The notes beneath the pieces were generated by a model. That model searched no databases. It was not told where the DNA came from and saw only the letters and a program-made list of their open reading frames with translations. This document shows, one piece after another, positions 20,997-30,624 of a DNA stretch of 64,000 bases. The stretch is from Savitreella phatthalungensis (taxonomy: Eukaryota): contig AP039700.1 in NCBI GenBank assembly GCA_051599415.1, positions 1 through 64,000 on the forward strand. The letters run 5' to 3'. Made by a program: the position numbers and the translations under genes. Numbering within the stretch: the stretch's first letter is position 1; the number at the start of each line of letters is the position of its first letter.

Positions 20997-21557
20997 ATGT
21001 CACTTATCGATACAGCTGAGTCGCAAATCTCAATTCGACCATATCACGATGAAACCGATCTTCCAGCCATTGTGAGCATGATATCCGCCGATCTTAGCGA
21101 ACCATACTCGATCTACGTATACCGCTACTTCATTCACCACTGGCCAGAGCTATGCTTCGTGGTTCGTCCCCTCCAAGGGCTTGAAAACTTCACGGCCACC
21201 CTGACGATTTTTACATAAACTGACCTTTTTATTTTAAAACAGGCCGAAATGCACGGTAAACCAATTGGCACTATTGTCTCCAAGCTAGAGGATCATCGTG
21301 GTCTGCAACGTGGTTACATTGCCATGCTAGCCGTCAAGCCAGAAATGCGAGGTAAGGGAATCGCAAAGCGGCTTGTCATGCGTACGCTCGAGAGCATGAA
21401 GGACCAGGCTGACGAGGTCTGCCTGGAGACCGAGGTCACGAACCCTGCTGCGATGCAGCTATACGAAAGTCTGGGATTCATACGATCAAAACGACTGCAC
21501 CGATACTACCTAAACGCGAATGACGCATTCAGAATGATTCTCCCACTACGTGCATAA
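20997..21557 (+). CDS. MAK3: NatC catalytic N-acetyltransferase Naa30/Mak3; join(20997..21161,21243..21557)
   Basis: DLSEPYSIYVYRYF..WPELCF in exon 1; RGYIAMLAV..RGKGIA, LETEVTN..A..LYE.LGF and RYYLN in exon 2. An 81-nt phase-0 intron (GTTCGT...ACTGAC...AACAG) restores the frame. Confidence 0.93.
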
Positions 21558-21562
21558 TCCGT

Positions 21563-24500
21563 CTACGCGGCGGCAACCGACTGGCTGTACTGGTAGCCAC
21601 CGGCAAGGAGAGTCTGCGTCTGCTCTGAGCGCGCGGGCGCCGGCAGACACGAAAGCGCGTAGGCACAGTCGTCCCATTGTCTCTGCGATCTGCAGTGCGG
21701 CAGTCTGGTCGTCAGCTTCTCGGCGAGCTGCTTCGCGTGCTTGTCGCGCTCGACGAAGCTGAGCAGGAACTTGATGATCCTGCGAAGCGCATCCTCCTCA
21801 AGCGCTTCCTCCTCGCCCTGCGAAAGCAAGGAGAAGATGTCGGTGAAGCCGTTGTAAATCGCGTTGTCCTTTGTCGACAGCTCTGTGAAGAAGACGCGGG
21901 CAAGGTCGGCCACGCGTCGATCATCATCCTCCAGGCACTTCGCCATTTCGCCGAGCTGACCCTTCACCTTGACCTGACCGGCGAGGACGAGGAAGGTCAG
22001 CGTCATCAGACACGTCTTACGCACGCTCGAGTCATCATCACGCAGTCGGCGGTACAGGTGAGCTGAGCAGTCGTCGAGCACGTGATTGAAGCAGACCGTC
22101 ATATCTCCCATGGCAATAACGAGATTTGAGCGAGTTGCGGGATCCGTCGAGGCCTCGAGAATGTGACAGAGGAGCGGTAGATTAGCCTCGCAATAGGTTG
22201 CAGAGACGCACATGAATTTTGCCAGGCACATCGTTGCGCATGTCTGCAGAATTTGATCGCGATAGAGACGAGTGTTCTTGCACACCTCGGACACGAGAGG
22301 TCCAAACCTGGCGAGCAGCGCGTCTTTCCCAAAGAGAAGCTCTTTCTCGCGGATATGAGCCATTGCGTCGGTGAAGTCATCTTCGCTCGTGCCACCCACC
22401 ATGTCAAGGTCGTCGCCGGGAGCTTCGCTAGCCTTCTTTGCGCTTGTGGAGGCATCCGCCTTCCGCCGCTTGAACTCGGCTTCGCAGGCCTCGATAAGCA
22501 CAATCTGCTTAACGCTCACGTGGCCGACCACAAAAAGGAGATCAGCAAGCCGGCGGGACTCGCCGCTCTCGCCCCCGAAAACGCTCGAAGTAAGGCTTCG
22601 GATGATGTCCGAGGCAATCTCATCTGGCTGTTCGGCTAGCGCGTAGATGGCGTTGATCGCCTGCTCGGCCACGGCGAACCAGGCTGAGGAGGCGTGCGGC
22701 GTGATGACGATGTGCTGGAGTTGCACAAAGATCTCGTGTGCATTTGGCAGCTTACTGGTCCGCTCGGCAGCCCTGCCCTTGGTCCGCGAACCTCGATCGC
22801 CGAGTCTCTGGAGGGCGACGCATGCGTACTTCATCAGTTTCAGATCCGACTGTCCGATTGGACCAAATGCCACCTGAAGCAAGAGATCGAGACCGTTGAC
22901 GATCAAGTCATGGTCGGCCAAGGCAAGCATGCCGAGCACGATGATGGCACCGCGTCGCTGCGACTTTGAGATGTCGCGCTTACGCACGCCGAAGACCTGC
23001 CAAAGCTTCGACACGACAGCTGTGTCAATGTAGCCTTCGAGCATGCTCACTTTCAGGAGCTGCTCGAGTGAGGTAAGCTCAGCAAGCGTGGCACCATACG
23101 TCAGCGAGATGACGTTCTTCGCCACGTAATTTGCGGCATCGTCAGGAGACAGCTGCTCGGGTGGAGCGAGGAAGAGGCCGCGATAGCATTCCAGCAGATG
23201 CTGAGTGACGCCTCTGCCTTCATCATTCGTAGCCTTGGTCCAGATCAGATGGAGCATACGTCTGATGCCAATCTTGTTACTGTCGAGCTTGTATGCTTCG
23301 GCAACCACGAAGAAGTCCATCGCCTCCGTGACTTCGGTCTTTGTCTTACTCACCAGCAGCTGGCAGACAAGCTCGGAGCCTCGCTCGAGTACTTCGATGA
23401 ACCGGATAGCCTCATTGTAGAAACGCTTTGTCATCTGTAGTTTCATGACGTTCTGCTCATTCTCGGCAGAGAGAGCTCTCTGCTTCAGAACTGCTGGATC
23501 AGGCTTCCGTGGGCTAGTCGGTGGCTCGAGAAGGTCGTCCGAGGGCTCCTCATGAGACGGTTTCAGGAGATCGAGCTCTTTCTGAGCCGCTTCCGCACGT
23601 TTTTGCCACTCCCGGAGTGAAAGGAGCGGCCCATGTAGGAGATCGAATGGGTGTGTCTGAATAAGCCTACTCAGAAGGCGTATCGCGCTCTTGCGGACGT
23701 GCGATGATCTGTCTTCCAGCGACTGGACCGCGAGCTGCGCCGCTGCCTGTCGACGCTTCGGGAATTTGTTTGGCATGTCGCACAACCGCACGTAGACCTG
23801 TAAAACGCGCGAGCGCACATACGGGTTCAGATCAAGGAAACGCTCCTCGAGCATATCGAAGAAGCCGTCGATCTGCTTCTTGCGCATCTCGTCGACGACA
23901 CCCTCACTGGCGTCATCGTCCGCCAAGCTAGCTATCAGGTTACCGCAAATCTCGACGATTGACAATCGGAGGTAGTGGCTGTCAGAGTCAAGGAAGTTTG
24001 CTAGCAGACCAATCTGCTTGAGTACCTGCCTCGGGATCAGTTCGCTGAGCTTTACGAGGAATGCGCCGATGGTCTTCGGGCCTTTGTTGTCGTTCGGATT
24101 GAAATCTTTGCCACTGAGGTCGCGCAAAATCTCGTCTGAGAATTGTCCGTAGTCGTACTGTTCTGACAGAACCTGCAACAGCTCAGCGACAGGGTCCGCG
24201 ACGTGCTCAAAGTACTGCAGCGCCTGGACGACACTGGTCTGGGCGGCAAAGGCCTGACCGTAATGCTTGATTGACACGCAGATGACCTTGTAGACGCGCA
24301 TTCTGAGTTCCGGTCGTTTCATGAGCTGCTCATCTTCGAGCGTCAAGTAGGCCGGTTTCGTGTACAGGGAAACAAGATTGTCGCGCTCGGAGGTGGTCGG
24401 CCACATCTTTGACGCACGAAGAGACATCACCTTGGACATCGCGTCGAAAGCCCCACAGAGGATCTCCGGCGTATTGAGGTCGGTCGACGCGGCCTTACTA

Positions 24501-24931
24501 GACTTCTTGGTCGTGGTCTTTGGCTTGATGGTCGATGTTGTCTGGACCTGGCCCGCCAGTATTGACTTGACGACGACGGCGAGGTAGAAGGAATAGATTT
24601 CAATGACGACACGAGCTGAAGACGTATGATCCAGGTCTTCTATACCGTCCTGAGCAAGGCGCATAACCTTGCTGACAAGTCCTGCAGATAAGAGATCTGT
24701 CAATTTGGTGATCTCACTCGGGGTCGCGCTGGTGACAGATGAACAGAATGCGCCGAGGGAGGAGATGATGCTGTCTTCGAGTACATTGTCTGGAGATGTC
24801 GAGAGACTCTCGACCAGGCTATTGAGGGAGTCCCTTCGATCTGCTGGATCGAGACTGGAGAGGTCTCTTGCTGCGAGGACCTCTCCAGAGTCTGCGAAAT
24901 GTGCCGACTCCCCAGCAAGATCAAAGTCCAT
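21563..24931 (-). CDS. YCS4: Condensin HEAT subunit Cnd1/Ycs4 (CAP-D2)
   Basis: ERFLDLNPYVRSRVLQ, GIRRMLHLIWTK, LAKFMCVS, RSNLVIAMGD, TLTFLVLAGQVKVKGQLGEMAKCLED. Confidence 0.95.
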   Translation of the reverse strand: MDFDLAGESAHFADSGEVLAARDLSSLDPADRRDSLNSLVESLSTSPDNVLEDSIISSLGAFCSSVTSATPSEITKLTDLLSAGLVSKVMRLAQDGIEDLDHTSSARVVIEIYSFYLAVVVKSILAGQVQTTSTIKPKTTTKKSSKAASTDLNTPEILCGAFDAMSKVMSLRASKMWPTTSERDNLVSLYTKPAYLTLEDEQLMKRPELRMRVYKVICVSIKHYGQAFAAQTSVVQALQYFEHVADPVAELLQVLSEQYDYGQFSDEILRDLSGKDFNPNDNKGPKTIGAFLVKLSELIPRQVLKQIGLLANFLDSDSHYLRLSIVEICGNLIASLADDDASEGVVDEMRKKQIDGFFDMLEERFLDLNPYVRSRVLQVYVRLCDMPNKFPKRRQAAAQLAVQSLEDRSSHVRKSAIRLLSRLIQTHPFDLLHGPLLSLREWQKRAEAAQKELDLLKPSHEEPSDDLLEPPTSPRKPDPAVLKQRALSAENEQNVMKLQMTKRFYNEAIRFIEVLERGSELVCQLLVSKTKTEVTEAMDFFVVAEAYKLDSNKIGIRRMLHLIWTKATNDEGRGVTQHLLECYRGLFLAPPEQLSPDDAANYVAKNVISLTYGATLAELTSLEQLLKVSMLEGYIDTAVVSKLWQVFGVRKRDISKSQRRGAIIVLGMLALADHDLIVNGLDLLLQVAFGPIGQSDLKLMKYACVALQRLGDRGSRTKGRAAERTSKLPNAHEIFVQLQHIVITPHASSAWFAVAEQAINAIYALAEQPDEIASDIIRSLTSSVFGGESGESRRLADLLFVVGHVSVKQIVLIEACEAEFKRRKADASTSAKKASEAPGDDLDMVGGTSEDDFTDAMAHIREKELLFGKDALLARFGPLVSEVCKNTRLYRDQILQTCATMCLAKFMCVSATYCEANLPLLCHILEASTDPATRSNLVIAMGDMTVCFNHVLDDCSAHLYRRLRDDDSSVRKTCLMTLTFLVLAGQVKVKGQLGEMAKCLEDDDRRVADLARVFFTELSTKDNAIYNGFTDIFSLLSQGEEEALEEDALRRIIKFLLSFVERDKHAKQLAEKLTTRLPHCRSQRQWDDCAYALSCLPAPARSEQTQTLLAGGYQYSQSVAAA

Positions 24932-25054
24932 TTCGCGTGTACCTTCTCGAGAGGCCGATGGAGATCTGCTACTGATGAGGACTGTGGCTGGAAAATGAGT
25001 GAAGAGTGATGTTGTATAGGAAGCCGCGTATCGTCAGTGTGAGTTTCTTGCTTT

Positions 25055-25061
25055 TGTTTAC
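25055..25061 (-). promoter_or_regulatory. Forkhead-type site (GTAAACA) upstream of Cnd1
   Basis: TGTTTAC about 125 bp upstream of the Cnd1 ATG. The same 7-mer occurs at 12667-12673, upstream of H1. Confidence 0.35.
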
Positions 25062-25549
25062 TTGTGTTCGATCGTGTATATGTCAATAAAGGCCAGGGCG
25101 ATCAGAATCTGTGGGCGTGCACGTGTACAAATCTATCATGCACTCACACGTACGCAATTTCGCTCTGTCGATTAGTAGAACCTTAAAATTTAGATGATGT
25201 TCTGATTGAATGGATAATTATAAGAAAATAGATTGAATCGATGATCATTCACCAACCATGCATGAATGCATGCAGGTACTCAAGAGCCATCTGCAGTACA
25301 CGACTATAGCGTATCTGCGTATTGTGTGCATGCATGATATATAGTTGATATGTATATTTATATACAATCTACGCATATAGTGATTGATTCGAATTCACGT
25401 AGATCGACTGAATGAATTATCTAAATCAAGATTAGTTGACTCAATTAGTGAATTGGTAAGTTACATACAGTAATCAGTTTAACATTATCCGGCTGGAAAT
25501 AGCTCCAAGACAGCTAGATGTATGCTAGAGCAATTCAAACTCGAAATAA

Positions 25550-25621
25550 ACGCGTACATATCCCCTTAGCTATACTGTAGGTGCTATTTTTAACCTTTCA
25601 ACAGTACTCGCGCGTACGCGC
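25550..25621. promoter_or_regulatory. MCB-like elements upstream of Cdc7
   Basis: ACGCGT at 25550-25555 and CGCGCGTACGCGC at 25609-25621, in an otherwise AT-rich spacer. Confidence 0.45.
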
Positions 25622-25689
25622 CTTGTCGAGCTGCCCGTCATCAATCACGCTCATGACTGTTCATCACTAGTCGGAAGAGTATCAGGTGC

Positions 25690-27618
25690 ATGGATGAGGA
25701 TGGTCTAGAATTGCCTCTGGAACGCGAGGAACAACTCGACTTTCTTCGCGTCACCCAGAGGTATCGTCTGCTCTCAAAGATCGGTGAGGGCACCTTCTCC
25801 ACCGTCTACCGTGCTCGTGACCAGCAGCAGCAGAGGTATGAGAATGAATGGCTTCGGCGGCGAGGCTTGGACACATCTAAGCAGTGGGATGTGGCAATCA
25901 AGCGCATTTACGTCACCTCATCTCCAGCGCGCATCTATAATGAGATCGATATTCTGAAATCCCTCGTCGAATCAGACTACGTTTTGCCAATCATCACGGC
26001 TTTTCGACAGGACGATCAGGTTTATGTCGTCCTACCCTTCTATCGTCACGTTGACTTTCGCCACTATTATCGCGAGCTTCCGTTGCGGGAGGTTCGATAC
26101 TACATGCGTGCCCTCTTCCGTGGGCTACAGGACGTTCATGAGCAGGGCGTCATCCACCGCGACGTCAAGCCGTCAAACTTCTTGTACGATTACCGCGAGC
26201 GGCACGGCGAACTAGTCGACTTTGGACTGGCTGAGCGCATGCACACAGCAACGAAGATGTGTCCGTGCCAGACACGTTCAGGCCGTGACCCTGGCGAGGC
26301 CTTGCTCATGGCTAACCCAACTCATACACGCCTCCGCGGTGTCTACATCAAGGATGATCCCCGTCCTGGGAAACGAGCCAACAGAGCTGGCACCCGCGGC
26401 TTCCGATCTCCCGAGGTCCTCTTCAAATGCGACAATCAGACAACCGCTGTCGATGTCTGGGCCGCCGGCGTCATACTTTTGACATTCTTGAGCAGTAAAT
26501 TCCCCTTTTTCAATGCCGCAGACGACGTAGAAGCTCTCGTGGAGCTATGTTGCATCTGGGGCACGACGGAGATGCGCAACTGCGCAGCGCTACACAATGT
26601 TTCCGTTGAGGTCGATCTGCCGACACTCTACGATAAGCAGCTCGACTGGCCTCGATTGCTAAATTGGTGTGAAGATCCCAATCGCAAGGGCGACCCACAC
26701 ATCTCCTCGGACGAAATGCAGATGGCGATTGATTTTCTTGACCGTTGTCTATGCCTGGACCCGTGGCAAAGGTGGAGCGCAAGCGAGGCGCTCGAGGACT
26801 GGTTCCTTGCAGGCATCGAATCAGATGAGCTCGCCGACGAGGCTGAGGAAGGGACAGTAGCATCGGAAGCGGACACGGCGCAAGACATTGCGGGCTGTGA
26901 GGATCAACGCGACATGCCTACGCTTGACTCGCCGTTGAAAATGCACGCACCACCGAGAATACTTCTTGAGAGGTCTGCCAACCGGCTGGGCTTATTTGTA
27001 CAGGCGCAGCGGAAAGATCTGCAAGTTGAGCAGACCTGCGAGGATGAAGACAATGACGAAGATGAGCACGATGCTGCTACAGAGGCTCCAACTGAAGACC
27101 TACCCCTCGAGCTTGTACCACGCAGAAACATTGCGCTGCCTGTGACCAATCCTGCGACACCGGCAGCACAGGTCCTAGATGCTACCACAAACGAACCGCC
27201 GCATTTATCGATACACCCGTTCCCTCAACTGCCGGAGCCCGCCTGGGCAAACAAGAGTCTCGCAGCTCGTGGTGAAGGCATCGGCGTACGCTTGGCGGCT
27301 GAACGACTGTCTCGAGAAGGTTTGAGCCAGTCTCTGCCGACGCTGGTTGATGAGAATGCGACTGAGATTGAGGAACTAGAGGAAGACGAGCTGGGTAGAA
27401 CAGACAGGAGAAGTGAGGATCTGTCCGACGATGAAGAAGACCTTATACACGACAACAACGGCGACGATTACGATGAAGATGACGACGATGGACAGCACGA
27501 GGCACTGACAGAGACGACGGCCACTCACTCAAGCCGTCCGGCGATTGATCACGTCTGGCTAGCGGCATTGTTGAGTAATGATAGCAAGCATGCTGCGTCT
27601 TCGTCGCTGCTCGGCTAG
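25690..27618 (+). CDS. CDC7: Cdc7/Hsk1-family Ser/Thr kinase with acidic tail
   Basis: KIGEGTFSTVY, VAIKRIYVTSSPARIYNE, IHRDVKPSNF, LVDFGLAE, RANRAGTRGFRSPEVLFKC. Hsk1 cannot be separated from a Spo4-type paralog by eye. Confidence 0.92.
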   Translation: MDEDGLELPLEREEQLDFLRVTQRYRLLSKIGEGTFSTVYRARDQQQQRYENEWLRRRGLDTSKQWDVAIKRIYVTSSPARIYNEIDILKSLVESDYVLPIITAFRQDDQVYVVLPFYRHVDFRHYYRELPLREVRYYMRALFRGLQDVHEQGVIHRDVKPSNFLYDYRERHGELVDFGLAERMHTATKMCPCQTRSGRDPGEALLMANPTHTRLRGVYIKDDPRPGKRANRAGTRGFRSPEVLFKCDNQTTAVDVWAAGVILLTFLSSKFPFFNAADDVEALVELCCIWGTTEMRNCAALHNVSVEVDLPTLYDKQLDWPRLLNWCEDPNRKGDPHISSDEMQMAIDFLDRCLCLDPWQRWSASEALEDWFLAGIESDELADEAEEGTVASEADTAQDIAGCEDQRDMPTLDSPLKMHAPPRILLERSANRLGLFVQAQRKDLQVEQTCEDEDNDEDEHDAATEAPTEDLPLELVPRRNIALPVTNPATPAAQVLDATTNEPPHLSIHPFPQLPEPAWANKSLAARGEGIGVRLAAERLSREGLSQSLPTLVDENATEIEELEEDELGRTDRRSEDLSDDEEDLIHDNNGDDYDEDDDDGQHEALTETTATHSSRPAIDHVWLAALLSNDSKHAASSSLLG

Positions 27619-29700
27619 CAGCGAGCTAGCAACTAGTCCGCCCGTCGAATACCAGCTCAGGTGTGCCTACATCATGGCATGCGTGAGCAGGCAAACGCCC
27701 TGACGACCATTGTAAAGTAGCATGTAAAAAGATGATAAGATCGATCGCCATGATCTGATTGGCTTTCATGATCAATATCAAAAGCCAAGGTCAAAAGATC
27801 AAAACCGATATCAATGCGTCAGTCTTCTTCAATGAGGTCTCACGTGGAGAAAGTCCGTGCGGAAGTTTCCCATCCGCTTACAATTGATAAGCTTATATGA
27901 GACGCATCGGGTCACGGGCGCATGCCCGAACGCAGATGCATGTGGAGATAAAGCTCGCACGTTTCCCCACTTACACGCACTTAAACGCGTTCATTTTGTC
28001 AGTGGAGCTGGGAATCCACTGCGGTGTGACCCAGACCACATGAACCATATTGAGCCCATAGTTTCTCCTGCATGCGCTCTGCGATGACGATGCACAGACG
28101 AGATTGGCAAGATGGTCAGCGTTTCTCGGCTCTTCCGAGGACAACCCGAGGAATCATCGGCTTTGCCGCTCTCGTGCCACCTCATGTGACCTCCTGACCA
28201 AGGCAGAAGCCAATGCAGCGACGCATCAGTAAGGAAAACAGGAGTGGGTGCGAGATTGTGTGAGGGGCCAACGATTTGCCGCAGAATTGTATGATGTGAC
28301 TCTGATTGGGATTGGCTATGGGCTGTTATGCTGGGCCGTGCGGGAGTTTCAAGAATTAATGAAAAAGCGTGTGAGCTCGCGATCTCTTGCTCCTTGACAG
28401 CGGATGTGACGGGCGATCTCGGTCTTGTGCGAAATATCAAGCAGAGACCTCTGAAAAACTTAATGGCAATGCGCAGGTGTTTCTCGCTGGGTTTCCTGAT
28501 TCTGATTTCGAATCCCCTGCTTGTGAAATTTCCGGCCAGGTCCTAATACAGATTTCCTTTTCATACGGCGGCGTTATGCATATCATGCCCGTTCGCGAAT
28601 AGCTAAGCTTTTCCTTCATCCCATGCGCAAGTCCATGTAGCACACCGATGGAGTGGGGCAGAAACAACCTAAATGAACACATCGGGCAAGTTTGGGAGAA
28701 GATCTGCTTAACGAAGAAGACCAGGTTCACCCATCGTCATGTCGTCTGCCCGTTCGATCTTTGCACACCATAGAGATTTTGTCAGATTGATGTGAGTCAA
28801 CAGTGAAAAACAAAGGGACCATATGACATTTCATTGCTCGCTCGGATGCTCCGAGCTCGTCGCTTGACGCTGCCTGTATCGAATGAAACCATCGTAAAGT
28901 GTCCAAGGATTTGTCCCCTTTTTCTCCGTCAGTTTTCAACCAAACATGCAGTGAGCTGATAATACCACGATTTTGGTCCTCAGTGTTGCAAACTTGAATC
29001 GGTTTTCACCTGAGTTTGGTTAACCATGAGTTTTCTTTTCTTCTTTTTCGAACTAATATCTTGTCCAGCTTTAATTCCTCTCGGAGGTCATGCGTCTAAG
29101 CCTCGTGGGATCGTCAAGTTCATTTTCAGGCCACCTTGCAGGGATCATCGCCGCTAGTGCACGTCAGCTCATCCAGGCTACGTCAATGCATAATGGAATC
29201 CCGCAACCTTTCTGGTGAGGCCTGAAAGGAGTGCTACAGATTATTGAATGCAAGTCTCGAGCGACGCCGCGCACGAATCTGGCTTCGAGTCTCTTGCTTA
29301 TCGGGTTCATTGTCGTACGACTTGTACAGTATCTTTGTGCCGCACCTCGGTGCATAATTGTCGAGGATGTGAAATGCTGGAGGCTGGCCAGGCTAGGGGA
29401 AATAGATTCACAAAACCTGTCACAACTTAAAACATACCTCGGACACCGACTCGGCACAGTGATGAATCGGAATGAATGGCAAAAAGGGCGGTCCGCTCGC
29501 GTCCAATGACCTTGCTCGGCAGGCATGTCACACATGCTTTGACAGTTCATCGATCCCGAGCGCCACAATCGGGTGGCGTCTGTCAATAAAGAAGAGGTCA
29601 AAATTAATACTTGATCGGTCTTTGCCATCTGCTAGAATACGCACACCTGTCTGGCTTCAGCACGCTGTTTTCGTAATCTGTCGTGTCGATGACAAGCTTT

Positions 29701-30474
29701 CGATAACAAACTTGTTATCAAGTTCATTCGATCACTGAGCTTATCAGTAGAAATCAATCATGAGCGCGTAATAGAACACATTCATCGCACCCGAATGTGT
29801 CAGAGGGTTCGGCTTTTTGTATTGTGCCTGTGTCGCTGTCGTGTTCAGCGATCTTTCTTAACGATTCTTGGATTGACAGGTGGCAGCTTGGGATTTGCGG
29901 CGTGGAAAGCATATGGAGACACTGTCGATAGCTTTTGTGATATCGTGGTTTTTGGGAGCCAAGCAGATTCAGGTGCAATCGATTTCAAAGAAGGAAAAGG
30001 GAAAAAGATAATAGATTTTGTCCGGGAAATCGTATTCTTAGATTGGAATCTCCCGAAAGATGGCGCGCAATCTAATGGTGGAATGATCTACGACAAACCT
30101 TCCGTTCTTCCAGTCGACAAGGTTATCGACAGAAGCCGACCCCACACGCGGCGGCGGCGCACATGCTTGGTCGCCATTATCAGCTGATGAGATCCTCATG
30201 GGCCCGGCGGATTAGAGTGCCTTTCCTGTGTCGTTCATCTCTCCTTGATCAGCCTTTTCCCATAGCAGTGTAGGGTCAAGTCTGTGTCAAGCCAAAGTCG
30301 CGCTAAGTCAAACTGAAATAAGCCTCGAGAGTGTCCTGTGCACTGGGGGAGCCATGGTGTATCTTCGCAGCTCATCTGAATGCCAGATCGCGCGATAGCG
30401 GTAACTGGCTGGACTCCATTGTCGTGTGCACCAATCTAGACGCAGCTTATCTCTGCTGTGGAGTCAACTTATCT
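29701..30474. promoter_or_regulatory. Cluster of 8 GATAA (GATA-factor) sites upstream of the OPT gene
   Basis: GATAA/TTATC hexamer sites at about 29701, 29715, 29741, 30006, 30123, 30177, 30447 and 30469. Confidence 0.5.
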
Positions 30475-30624
30475 TAGCGCTTCTGAAGGGATCGTGTCTG
30501 CCTGATACATTCCTACACCGTAGACTTCATCCTCATCCTCATCCGCACCCTTCGAGTTGTATAAGTAGACGTCGTGACCCATTTGTTTGAGGTAGACCCG
30601 TATCCCAAACTCCATCGACAAGTC

